A DNA stretch of 64,000 nucleotides from Verrucomicrobiota bacterium (GTDB lineage Bacteria; Verrucomicrobiota; Verrucomicrobiia; Limisphaerales; JADLHS01): assembly GCA_049840435.1 (NCBI GenBank), contig JASGKY010000036.1, positions 58,936-122,935 on the forward strand, read 5' to 3'. The position numbers and the translations under genes were made by a program. The notes under the pieces were generated by a model. It was not told where the DNA came from and searched no databases. It saw nothing but the letters and a program-made list of their open reading frames with translations. Numbering within the stretch: position 1 is the first letter of the stretch; each line of letters opens with the position of its first letter. Shown in pieces: positions 28,779-38,311 of the stretch.

Positions 28779-30479
28779 ATGACAAAAGCAGCAGCATCTC
28801 ACGTTCTCGCCATCCTTCTCGCGACCGCGCTCGCCGCTCCCGCCCAAAGCGGGGGTTCGGTCGACACCGGCGTGGCGATCGAAACCGCCGTTCGCCGTGA
28901 CGCCAACAAAATTTTGTTGCGCCAGAAACTTACCGAAGCAGGCGAGGCTTTGGCCCGGCGTGATTTGAACGGGGCCGCCAAAATTTACGATTCGGCGGTG
29001 GAATTAGTCGGACAGATCGGCGCCAACAATTGTGAGCTTGAAGCCGAGCAGGCGGTGCGTGGTTTCTCCGGGGTGCGATTGCAGCTGGCGGAGAATGCGC
29101 GTAAGCGTGGCGACTATCGTGAGGTAAACGTCCAGCTGAACCGCGTTTTGAAGGTGGATCCGAAAAATCCCACGGCCTTGGCCGCCAAAGCCGCCAATGA
29201 CAAGACACTAAAGGAATTGGCAGGCTTTATTCCCAGCAAAGACGCCCTAGACGAAGCCGCGAAAGCCAAGGTTACAAAAACCGATGCGAACACTCATGTG
29301 CAGAATGCCCGGGTGCTTCTTGAGGCAGGCAAGTTGGACGAAGCGGATTTGGAATTGAACCAAGCACTGCAAAAGGATCCTCAAAACCGTCCCGCGCTGC
29401 GTTACAAAGATCTGGTTAGGAATCAGCGCTACCAAATGAGCCGGTCGCGTCAGGATCAGGACAACAATGCAAAGATTTTGCAAGTGGTGGATGCCTATGC
29501 AGATTCACGGGCCCGCGAATCATTGCCAGTCCCGAATCCCTACAACCGCTCGGATGCCATTAATACGGGCAAAGGCCGGCAGGCAATTTTCAACAAATTA
29601 AACACCATCAAGTTTGAGTCGTTCCCGCCGGAGGGTTCGCCGGATACGTTGCCTCTTACGGAAGTAGTGCGTATTTTGAATGTGGAATCGCCAAAGCGTG
29701 ATCCTGAAAAGGAAGGTGTCAACATCATGATCAATCCGAACGCGCCAGCGGCTCCCCAGCCGACAGCGCCGTTGATTGATCCAGCCACGGGACTTCCAAT
29801 CGCCGCACCGCAGGCTACTGAAGCTGTCGATGTCGGCGGGATTAACATCAAGTTTGGCATCCCATTACGTCGCGTCACCTTAAACCAGGTTTTGGATGCG
29901 ATCAGTAAGGTGGCCGAACGCCCGTTGAAAGTTTCCTACGAGGAGTATGCGATTTTTGTTTCCATGAAGGGTCAGGAGCTAACGCCGCTGTTTACCCGCG
30001 AGTACGACATTGATCCCAATACCTTTTATCAAGGCCTGGTTGGAGTGGGCGGTGAATTCTTGGACATCCAATCCTCCAGTAGTGGGGGCGGTGGGGGCGG
30101 CGGTGGCGGCGGTAATGGTCAGGGTTCTTCTTTCGTCATTCCGCGAGTCAGTGTTACTGGCATCAGTGGCGGGCAGGGTGGTCAGGGCGGTGGTCAGGGC
30201 GGCGGGCAACAGGCGGGTGGCGGTATTCCTGGCATCACCCGGACCAATAACATGGAGGCGATTTCTGCTGCTGCTCGATTGTTCTTCTTTAACTTGGGCA
30301 TCAATCTGGATATCGCCCAAGGTAAGAGCGTATTCTTCAATGACCGCAAAGGTATCCTGCTTGTGCGTGCTACCATGGAAGAACTCGATTTGATTGAGCA
30401 GGTCATTCGGGTGTTGAACGTGGCGCACTCCTCAGGTCAACATCAAAACCAAATTCACGGAAATCTCTCAAAACGATAA
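28779..30479 (+). CDS. Secretin, N-terminal part (TPR repeats plus N domains); frameshift near 30427
   Basis: Signal peptide, TPR-like repeats, Gly-rich loop and FFNDRKGILLVRAT N3 domain. The shifted frame reads PQVNIKTKFTEI...LGFDWY. Confidence 0.8.
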   Translation: MTKAAASHVLAILLATALAAPAQSGGSVDTGVAIETAVRRDANKILLRQKLTEAGEALARRDLNGAAKIYDSAVELVGQIGANNCELEAEQAVRGFSGVRLQLAENARKRGDYREVNVQLNRVLKVDPKNPTALAAKAANDKTLKELAGFIPSKDALDEAAKAKVTKTDANTHVQNARVLLEAGKLDEADLELNQALQKDPQNRPALRYKDLVRNQRYQMSRSRQDQDNNAKILQVVDAYADSRARESLPVPNPYNRSDAINTGKGRQAIFNKLNTIKFESFPPEGSPDTLPLTEVVRILNVESPKRDPEKEGVNIMINPNAPAAPQPTAPLIDPATGLPIAAPQATEAVDVGGINIKFGIPLRRVTLNQVLDAISKVAERPLKVSYEEYAIFVSMKGQELTPLFTREYDIDPNTFYQGLVGVGGEFLDIQSSSSGGGGGGGGGGNGQGSSFVIPRVSVTGISGGQGGQGGGQGGGQQAGGGIPGITRTNNMEAISAAARLFFFNLGINLDIAQGKSVFFNDRKGILLVRATMEELDLIEQVIRVLNVAHSSGQHQNQIHGNLSKR

Positions 30480-30504
30480 TAAAGCACTCGGCTTTGACTG
30501 GTAT

Positions 30505-31434
30505 TTGGGGAATATGGTGATTGGTGGTAAGTCCATTGCTTCTGGGGGCACGCAACCCAGCTTCAGCGGGGCTCCATCCACGGGCAATCCGGAAGGCACG
30601 TTCCCGGGAAGTGCGAACGGAGGAACGACGACCGGATCTTCAGCATCAGATGGTCTGCTCACTGGGGGCTTGCGCAACACGTTCGGAAAGGATGGAACAT
30701 CTGTTCCCGCCTTGGGCACATTTACTGGTATCCTGACGGATCCGCAATTCCGGGTGGTCTTGCGCGCGATTGAGCAACGCGATGGTATTGATCTGCTGAA
30801 CGAAGGCCAAGTCACCACCTTGAGTGGCCGACAGGCGCAAATCCAAGTTTCCGAAGTGAAGACCATCGTTACGGGTGTCGAACAAAATTCTGGTCAGGGT
30901 GGCACAACATCTTCCGCGGGTGATAATACATTGTTGCAGCAGACGGCGACGTTCCAGACGCCGAATACTGCTCCAGTGCCGCTCGGTCCGGTGATCGACG
31001 TGTTACCAACGGTTTCCTCGGATGGTTATACGATTCAGATGACCATCATTCCCACGCTGACGGAATTTGTGGGTTACGATTTGCAGACAGCGGCCATTTT
31101 CGTGCCGACTGCGATCACGGCCACCGGTCAAACCTTGGCGGGAACGCTGCCGTTGCCGATTTTCCGGGTGCGGCAGTTGACCACTTGCTGCAGCGTCTGG
31201 GACGGTCAGACCATTGTTCTTGGTGGATTGATTTCAGACAGCGTCACCAAGCAGAAGGATAAGGTGCCGGTGCTCGCTGATCTGCCGTTCGTCGGCAAAT
31301 TGTTTACGAGTGAATCATCCCAGACCCAGAAGAAGAATCTGGTGATTTTTGTCACGCCGCGGATCATTGATCCAGCGGGTAATCCGGCCCATACGGATGA
31401 GGAAATGCCGTTTGCACAACAGGCCCGGAAATAG
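30505..31434 (+). CDS. Secretin (PilQ/GspD family), C-terminal barrel
   Basis: VTTLSGRQAQI, VWDGQTIVLGGLI, DKVPVLADLPFVGKLF and NLVIFVTPRII motifs. Confidence 0.92.
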   Translation: MGNMVIGGKSIASGGTQPSFSGAPSTGNPEGTFPGSANGGTTTGSSASDGLLTGGLRNTFGKDGTSVPALGTFTGILTDPQFRVVLRAIEQRDGIDLLNEGQVTTLSGRQAQIQVSEVKTIVTGVEQNSGQGGTTSSAGDNTLLQQTATFQTPNTAPVPLGPVIDVLPTVSSDGYTIQMTIIPTLTEFVGYDLQTAAIFVPTAITATGQTLAGTLPLPIFRVRQLTTCCSVWDGQTIVLGGLISDSVTKQKDKVPVLADLPFVGKLFTSESSQTQKKNLVIFVTPRIIDPAGNPAHTDEEMPFAQQARK

Positions 31435-31531
31435 TTGTGACCCGGCAATTATTGTTTAAGCGTGTTGCTGCCAAGATTGCCTGGGAGTTGGTGTCAGTGG
31501 GGTTGTGGCGCAGTGAGGTGGAAGGATTGAA

Positions 31532-32413
31532 ATGCCGCGCCTCTTGATAGTTGATGGTCACGCGTATGCCTACCGGGCGTTTTACGCGATACGTTCTTTG
31601 AATTCGCCGACAGGGCGACCGACGAATGCCATTTATGGATTTGTCAAGATGCTGGCCAAGATGCGGGCCGCGGTTACGCCTAGCCACTTGATTGTGGTTT
31701 GGGATGGTGGCCTGAGTGAGCAGCGCCGAGCGGAGTTGCCAGGTTATAAGGCGCAGCGACCGGAAATGCCGCCAGATTTGGCGGTGCAGCTGGATGAGAT
31801 TGGCCGGTATTTAGAGGCTGCAGGCATTGCTAGCTATACCGGTGCGGGTGTGGAGGCTGATGATTATATCGCTTTCACCGCCCAGAACGCAGTGCAGCTT
31901 GGTTGGGAAGTGGTGATTGCCAGCGCTGATAAAGATTTCATGCAGTTGGTTGCACCGGGAGTCGGATTGCTGAATCCGAATGACAAATCAGAAACGATTT
32001 GGACGGCGGAGCAAGTTCGGGCCAAGACTGGAGTGCAACCAGGGCAGATTGTAGATTGGTTGAGCTTGTTAGGTGACAGCGTAGATAATATTCCAGGTGT
32101 GCCTGGAGTAGGGACAAAGACCGCGACGAAGTTGTTGGAACAGTTTGGTTCGGTAGATGCGATATATGCACGATTGGACGAGGTGCAGCCGGAGCGAATC
32201 CGGGAATCGTTACGCGGGGCGGCGGCAGACGTGCGTCGCAATCAGGGGTTGGTGCGATTAAAGCCCGAAGTGGGGCAAAATTTTACCGCTGAGGCATTGG
32301 TGAGCCGGGCGGCGGATTTGGGGCGGTTAGCGGAATTATTCCGCGATTGGGGTTTTCGTTCGTTGCTGGCCGAGGTGCAGGCAGAGACCCGGCACCAGCC
32401 AGAACTGATTTAA
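31532..32413 (+). CDS. Stand-alone 5'-3' exonuclease / flap endonuclease (Pol I N-domain-like)
   Basis: VDGHAYAYRAFY, YKAQR, EADD, DKDFMQL and GDSVDNIPGVPGVGTKTA motifs. No polymerase domain. Confidence 0.92.
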   Translation: MPRLLIVDGHAYAYRAFYAIRSLNSPTGRPTNAIYGFVKMLAKMRAAVTPSHLIVVWDGGLSEQRRAELPGYKAQRPEMPPDLAVQLDEIGRYLEAAGIASYTGAGVEADDYIAFTAQNAVQLGWEVVIASADKDFMQLVAPGVGLLNPNDKSETIWTAEQVRAKTGVQPGQIVDWLSLLGDSVDNIPGVPGVGTKTATKLLEQFGSVDAIYARLDEVQPERIRESLRGAAADVRRNQGLVRLKPEVGQNFTAEALVSRAADLGRLAELFRDWGFRSLLAEVQAETRHQPELI

Positions 32414-32509
32414 GAAGTAGAGAAATGTTGTGAAGACAAAGAAACCAGCGACAAGCCTGAGGTGGCGCAAAGGAAATCTAGGGCGGTGGATCGCAGGTTT
32501 TGGCGAAGC

Positions 32510-34405
32510 ATGAAAAACCTTATGGCATTTTCGTATTTGTTGCGGTGGCGGACTTTGATTCCGAGCCTTGTGGCATTGACCCTTCCGGTCCTTGCCTCCG
32601 GGCAGGGCAACTATGTTGTCGAGGGCGGGGAATATAAAGTTACAGGGACCTTGGTGGGCGATCAGGTTGATGCCAAGCTGAGTATCAAGACGTCGGGTGG
32701 CTATCTAGTCTGGCGTGACAATATCACGGATGGGGATGGCTATGGGATCAGTGCGCGCAAGTTGGATGGCAGCTTGACCGGGGTCATGAGCACCTTCCGG
32801 GTGAATCAGGTTGGGGAGAATGATCAGGAAAATCCCCAGGTTGCCCTGTTGAATTCTGGCGGCGCCGTGTTTGTGTGGCAGGGCGGTGCGCAGGGCTTTC
32901 AGCATATCTACGGTCGGGTTCTTTCTTTGGACGGCACTTGGCTGACTGGGGACATTGCCGTAAGCACCACCACCAATGTGAATCAGTTGAACGCGGCGGT
33001 GGCAACGCTGACGAATGGCAATACGGTCGTGATCTGGTCGAGTTACAACCAAGCCTCCGCCAACAGCATGCAGGATGTCTATGCGCAAATCCTGACACCA
33101 GCAGGGACGAAGTACGGCGGCGAAACATTGCTGAATCAGACCACGGCGTATAACCAAAAATCAGCAGTGATCGCTCCATTGAGTGATGGCCGTTATGTGG
33201 TGGTTTGGATTTCCGAACAGCAACGGTTTGAGAATAGTGTGGATGTTTACGGGCGCATTTTTACCGCACTGGGAGCTCCGGCTACGGCAGAGTTTTTGAT
33301 TAATGCTGGCACCAATGTGTGCTCCAACCCGACGGTGGCCGCCTCAGCCGACGGTGGCTTTGCGGTCGCGTGGACCGAAATTAATTTGGATATTCCGGCG
33401 GATCGTTGGGATGTCTGGGCGCGGCCTTTTTCGAGCACCGCAGTTGGCGGCACTATCCGGCGGGTCAATACTTACACGGTCGGCGATCAGGTTGGTCCTA
33501 AACTCAGTTCGTTGGGGACGGATTACTCCGTGGTGTGGACCAGCGTCGGACAAGACGGTTCGCGCGAGGGGATTTATGCTCAGTTTCTCCGAGGGGATGG
33601 GACGAAGGTTGGCGATGAATTGCGAGTCAACACTTCGACCATTAGTCAGCAGATGTACCCGGCGGTCGCTTCCGATGGGGTGTCCCGCTTCATGGCGGTC
33701 TGGTCGGGGTATGTCGGGGGTAGTGCTAGTCTCGATCTGTTCGCACAAAGATACGTCAATACCAATCAGCCGTTGAACGCGCCCGGCGCCCCGATTGTTA
33801 GTGTGTTGGATTCAACGCGCTTGGCTTTGACGTGGCCGGGAGTTTCCGGATTTACGATTTCCAATTATGAAGTCTATGCGGATGGTGCGGCGTCAGCCAC
33901 CAGCGTCACGACCAATACGTTCTGGACGATGACGGGTTTGAGTGCTGGCAGCACTCACAGTTTCCGGTTGGCTTATGTGTTGGCGGATGGCCGACGTTCA
34001 CCACTTTCCTCCTCCGCCACGGGGAGCACCTATATTTATCCCTTCACTCATGGGGGAATTCCGTATGATTGGATGTTCCAGATGTGGGGAAGTGAAACCG
34101 CCACTTGGCCGGCAGCGCTGGCTGATACGGATGGCGATGGGATTTCCAATTTGCAGGAATTCCTGCAAGGCACAAACCCCAAGGATGCCAGCAGTGCCCT
34201 GCGGTATAAATTACGGCCGACGGCACAGGGCGTTTTCTTGGATTGGAACACGCAGCCTGGTTTGATGTACCAAGTTCAAGTTTCTCCGCTGGCTGGGGGA
34301 AGCTGGGTGGATTTGGGAGGGCCGCGCTTTGCGGCGGGTACCAATGATTCCTTGTATGTTGGTGGTAGTAACAGTGGATTCTACCGGATTGGTCGCGTTC
34401 GTTAA
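32510..34405 (+). CDS. Exported protein: propeller-type repeats, FN3 domain, Ca-binding DxDGDG motif and shared C-terminal domain
   Basis: Signal peptide. About 6 repeats of (F/L)xVNxxTxxxQxxPxVA...VVW. FN3 (LTWP...YEVY...GLSAGSTHSFRL). DTDGDGISNLQEFLQGTNP. Ends GFYRIGRVR. Confidence 0.85.
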   Translation: MKNLMAFSYLLRWRTLIPSLVALTLPVLASGQGNYVVEGGEYKVTGTLVGDQVDAKLSIKTSGGYLVWRDNITDGDGYGISARKLDGSLTGVMSTFRVNQVGENDQENPQVALLNSGGAVFVWQGGAQGFQHIYGRVLSLDGTWLTGDIAVSTTTNVNQLNAAVATLTNGNTVVIWSSYNQASANSMQDVYAQILTPAGTKYGGETLLNQTTAYNQKSAVIAPLSDGRYVVVWISEQQRFENSVDVYGRIFTALGAPATAEFLINAGTNVCSNPTVAASADGGFAVAWTEINLDIPADRWDVWARPFSSTAVGGTIRRVNTYTVGDQVGPKLSSLGTDYSVVWTSVGQDGSREGIYAQFLRGDGTKVGDELRVNTSTISQQMYPAVASDGVSRFMAVWSGYVGGSASLDLFAQRYVNTNQPLNAPGAPIVSVLDSTRLALTWPGVSGFTISNYEVYADGAASATSVTTNTFWTMTGLSAGSTHSFRLAYVLADGRRSPLSSSATGSTYIYPFTHGGIPYDWMFQMWGSETATWPAALADTDGDGISNLQEFLQGTNPKDASSALRYKLRPTAQGVFLDWNTQPGLMYQVQVSPLAGGSWVDLGGPRFAAGTNDSLYVGGSNSGFYRIGRVR

Positions 34406-34416
34406 CTGAAGTTTTT

Positions 34417-36738
34417 ATGGTTCAATCGATTCGAAGAATTTTTGTGGCCGTTGGGATGGCGTTGACTGTCGCCAACGCCTTGGGGTCTGCTTTCTTGGGG
34501 CCCAATAATGAGGCCTATCAAACCATCGAGAATGGTTATAACCCTAATGTGCTTGATCCCGCTCCCATAGCGGCCAAAAACCTAGCGGAAGAATACCGGC
34601 GGGTAACTCCGGTGATTTATTATACGTTTGACCAAAACTTCATTGATTATTTTGGCACGAACGGGGTTGATGCCGTTGAGAAGGCTTTTGCTGTGTTCAA
34701 TGGGCTGACTAATGTTTCTAGTTACAGCTCCAGTTTGATGGAGTTCCCGATGGAAGCTCAGCGGGTCAATTATCAAGCTTCGGCTTTGTTTTTGACGGAT
34801 TTGAAATCGGCGACCATGTCCTTGCTAATGGAGCAGCTTGGAGCGGCTCAGCCAGATCGCTATGTCTGGACCTTGCACGCACGCTGGCATGTAGGAACTG
34901 TGCCCTGTCCGGTCGGGCAAAATTATACGGTAGTTAAAAGAAACTTTGATCCAGTGGCCAGCAACTTGGATCAGTTGCAACCAACCAGTTATGTCAACGG
35001 GACGCTTTATAGCTACCGCATCGTCGAATTTTGCGATCCTCCAACCCCCTATAACTGGCTGGCCGACGCGGTTGAGTTCAATGTTGATCCGTTGGCGACG
35101 ACTTTTTCGCCAGTTGCGTCTGGATTTGGGAGCATGCCATTTCTCTTGGGCGGGACAGCCTTGACGGCGCTGGGAGGCATGGGTGATGGCAGCTACTATA
35201 CTGGCCTGACGCGGGATGACGTGGGAACGCTGAGATACTTGATGCGTTCCAACAATATCAACCGGGAGGCAGCGGGGTCCAATACGGTCACCTACGTAAA
35301 GGATACCACTCGAGAGTTATTGCTGATCACTGATGACGTCAATACGTTCGCGGAAATTGCCTTGGTCAGCGATCCAGCCACCTTGGTAGGATTCTATCCT
35401 GACCTGCAAATCCTCAATTCCACTCCGATTTTCACCAATTTGATCACGACGAACATCAATTATTCCTTCGCCAATTCACCCTTTGATCCCGTCGGGACTC
35501 CGCCGCGTCTGGTGACCACGACAACCATCGAGACCAATATTTTTGTCTTTTACAATCACACCTTTGGAAATGCTTACATCACTCCCGGGGTGCAGTTGGT
35601 TTCCAATTTTCAGATTCCTTTGGTAGCTGGCCATACGGCCTCAAATGGCATCGTCACGACGATTACCACCAATATTTCCACCTCGGCTTGTGGAGCTTTT
35701 GCCACGCCGGGGCAGGTTTGTACGAACATCAGTTTGACGCAAACCCTGACGCCAGGAATCTTCGGTGATTTCTATATTTTGCCCACCAACCTCTGTCAGG
35801 TTTCCATTGTCCGGACTCAGCAGGTTTTGTATAACGTCGCCGTCACAAATTTTACGGATAGCCTTACCGTCAGATTCACTAATTCAGCGGGACAAGTTAT
35901 TTCCACCAATTCATTTTTTTCTCAGACCCCTTACCATACGTATACGCAATACCGTTATGCCATAAATCCGGTGTTGTGTCCTGAGAACGCCGTGGCCTAC
36001 CGCCGGGGGATTGAGCGGGTGACTTTTGTGCGGCGTGATTACGATTCTTGGATTGGGAATTATTTTTATCCGACCAACAATGATTATATCCTGACGGCAA
36101 TCACCAATAATAGTGCGCTACCACAATTGGTCCGCCGGACTGTCACCGTGCCGGATATTTTGATCACGGCTCAAGATCTGGCTGGTGGGCCGGGGGGGCC
36201 TTCGGGTGCGGGGGGGATCGCTAGAAATGTGGATTTCGATTCGAACAATGCTTTGGCTGGCTTGGCAGGTCCCGGGACGATCACTACGCCATCAGCCTTT
36301 ACCTATACTAAGGTGGGGCCCATTTATGGAAACTCATTTCCCCTGATGGATGAGGCAACTGGTTTCCCTTTATTGTTGTGGGGATCATTTGATGGGAGCA
36401 CCAATGCTCCGGTGGTCTATCCGAACGGCACCAGCGTGGCCGACTTGGAAAATCTGATTTTGATTCAAGTCAGTCCGGCGGGGCAGGCCTTGCCCAATGG
36501 CGCGCTGGGGGTCAACTATACCAACGTGTTCAGCGGTTTCTCTGTGACCGGCGGAACGCCGCCTTACAGTTGGAGTTTGCCCGGCTCCGGACTGCCACCT
36601 GGATTATCACTGGATCCCAGCACTGGTCGGATTAGCGGTGTGCCCACCGAGGACAATATTTACGACTTTACCATCCGAATGACGGATTCTGCGGCTCGGT
36701 TTGTAGATCGCCCCTACACAATCGCGATTGCTCCTTGA
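34417..36738 (+). CDS. Exported Thr/Asn-rich protein with matrixin-like N-terminus lacking Zn ligands and a C-terminal putative Ig domain
   Basis: Signal peptide. DLKSATMSLLMEQLG and GLTRDDVGTLRYL. C-terminal GGTPPYSWS...LPPGLSLDPSTGRISGVPT (He_PIG-like). Confidence 0.8.
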   Translation: MVQSIRRIFVAVGMALTVANALGSAFLGPNNEAYQTIENGYNPNVLDPAPIAAKNLAEEYRRVTPVIYYTFDQNFIDYFGTNGVDAVEKAFAVFNGLTNVSSYSSSLMEFPMEAQRVNYQASALFLTDLKSATMSLLMEQLGAAQPDRYVWTLHARWHVGTVPCPVGQNYTVVKRNFDPVASNLDQLQPTSYVNGTLYSYRIVEFCDPPTPYNWLADAVEFNVDPLATTFSPVASGFGSMPFLLGGTALTALGGMGDGSYYTGLTRDDVGTLRYLMRSNNINREAAGSNTVTYVKDTTRELLLITDDVNTFAEIALVSDPATLVGFYPDLQILNSTPIFTNLITTNINYSFANSPFDPVGTPPRLVTTTTIETNIFVFYNHTFGNAYITPGVQLVSNFQIPLVAGHTASNGIVTTITTNISTSACGAFATPGQVCTNISLTQTLTPGIFGDFYILPTNLCQVSIVRTQQVLYNVAVTNFTDSLTVRFTNSAGQVISTNSFFSQTPYHTYTQYRYAINPVLCPENAVAYRRGIERVTFVRRDYDSWIGNYFYPTNNDYILTAITNNSALPQLVRRTVTVPDILITAQDLAGGPGGPSGAGGIARNVDFDSNNALAGLAGPGTITTPSAFTYTKVGPIYGNSFPLMDEATGFPLLLWGSFDGSTNAPVVYPNGTSVADLENLILIQVSPAGQALPNGALGVNYTNVFSGFSVTGGTPPYSWSLPGSGLPPGLSLDPSTGRISGVPTEDNIYDFTIRMTDSAARFVDRPYTIAIAP

Positions 36739-36769
36739 TCGCATGACTACTCTACTTAAATTTCGTATT

Positions 36770-38311
36770 ATGAACCGCCAGTCTTTTCTTCCTCTTGGTT
36801 TGGTGGCTCTGTTTTTGCCTTTGGCCGCGGAGGCCGCGTTGGACACTTGGGTCAATAGCGGAACCTTGGCCAATCCAGCAATTGATGCCACCAACGTCAT
36901 TAATAACGGAACCATCTCGACGGGGACATCCATTCCGTTTGATACGTCCAATACCCGGAACTTCACCAATTCTGGGACCATCTCCGGAGCGATCGGGTTT
37001 CGTTTTGATAATGCGCCGCGTGATAGCACTGGGCAACTGATTGGTTTGCGCAAGCCGGCTGCAAATTTTCACAATCGTAACAGTGGGGTAGTGTCCGCGT
37101 TGGATGGTTCGACCATTGGTGGCTTTGCGGGCAGCGTTCTCTATGTATCGGCAACGAACATCGTCAATCAAGGAACGCTGACTGTAGGGGCGGGTGGGTT
37201 GATGCAATTGACCGGAAACAATGTCAACCTTTCACGCGGTGGCTTTGGGGTTTTATCGGTGGGCAACAATACAGCGCTCTTGGGATCGGTCAATGACAGT
37301 CCTATAGTCGGGCAATTTTATCCCGATCTCGCGGTCGCGGACTACTATTGGGCCCAGACAAATGCAAGCTTTCGGTTGGAAAACCTCATTTCACCGTTTG
37401 GAATTGTCTCCACGCCGACGCACAGAGTTCAGGGGATCAATCCGGGCGGCGCGGGATATTTCAATGCGAATGTCCAGTTGTCCATCATTCCGGATCAAGC
37501 AGACGCCATTTCCAATGTGCTCCGGTTCGCGACCGTGGCTCTCACGAACAGCGCTGGTGAACTCACCAACATCGTGGTACCCAGTAACGTGGTTCAACAA
37601 GCGGTCTTTGTCGCCATGCCGGCCTTTGCAGCGGCGATTGATCTTAGTTTTGCTCCTTCAACTCAGCCGACAAACGATTACGAATCCGTCTTTTTGACTT
37701 TGTCGGTGCCAGTGACGAATTTCATCACCGGAGCAGTTCAGGATGATGTCGTCTATTTTCAGGATACTTTGGCCGGTGAAACGGACCGGGGATTGTTGAC
37801 CAATTATCTGACCACGCTGGCTGGGCAGTCCATCCTCCGGACTTCGCGGCCCAGACCGTATATCTTGTCCCGCATTCAACAGGACGCTGGCTCTCCCGGA
37901 AATGCCACGATCGGGACGGACTTCTTTTATGCTCCTAATTTCACCACTAACATCGCGAGTGCAGAGTTTGCTGCTTATTCCGGTACGCTCGATAACATCG
38001 TGGTGCGTCCCCCCAACATTCCGGCTGGCACGGCGACCAATCTGACCGGGCGGGTAGAAGTGCGCGCGGACAGCTTGGATTTGACACGCGCGCGAATTCG
38101 TGGCGAGGGGTTGGTTTCGCTGCAGGCCCGGCATTTGGTCGGGAGCAGCAATGCCGCAGTGGATTGTGAGAATCTGAGTTTGCAACTTGGTTCGACAAAC
38201 GGGCTTTTGCGCGTGAAAGATATTACAAAAGCGACCGTTGAACGATTGCGTGGCGATGTCCGGGCTTGGAGCGCGGTGTGGAGCAATTCGGTACTCAATC
38301 GTGTTGACTAA
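36770..38311 (+). CDS. Large exported beta-rich protein, N-terminal part (frameshift near 38293)
   Basis: Signal peptide and repeated (F/I)xNxG motifs. Continues into ORF 38238..39737. Confidence 0.75.
   Translation: MNRQSFLPLGLVALFLPLAAEAALDTWVNSGTLANPAIDATNVINNGTISTGTSIPFDTSNTRNFTNSGTISGAIGFRFDNAPRDSTGQLIGLRKPAANFHNRNSGVVSALDGSTIGGFAGSVLYVSATNIVNQGTLTVGAGGLMQLTGNNVNLSRGGFGVLSVGNNTALLGSVNDSPIVGQFYPDLAVADYYWAQTNASFRLENLISPFGIVSTPTHRVQGINPGGAGYFNANVQLSIIPDQADAISNVLRFATVALTNSAGELTNIVVPSNVVQQAVFVAMPAFAAAIDLSFAPSTQPTNDYESVFLTLSVPVTNFITGAVQDDVVYFQDTLAGETDRGLLTNYLTTLAGQSILRTSRPRPYILSRIQQDAGSPGNATIGTDFFYAPNFTTNIASAEFAAYSGTLDNIVVRPPNIPAGTATNLTGRVEVRADSLDLTRARIRGEGLVSLQARHLVGSSNAAVDCENLSLQLGSTNGLLRVKDITKATVERLRGDVRAWSAVWSNSVLNRVD

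Noticed and set aside
30080-30225. GGC/GGT-rich tract as a DNA repeat or G-quadruplex element
   Set aside because: It is explained by the Gly-rich loop of the secretin coding sequence.
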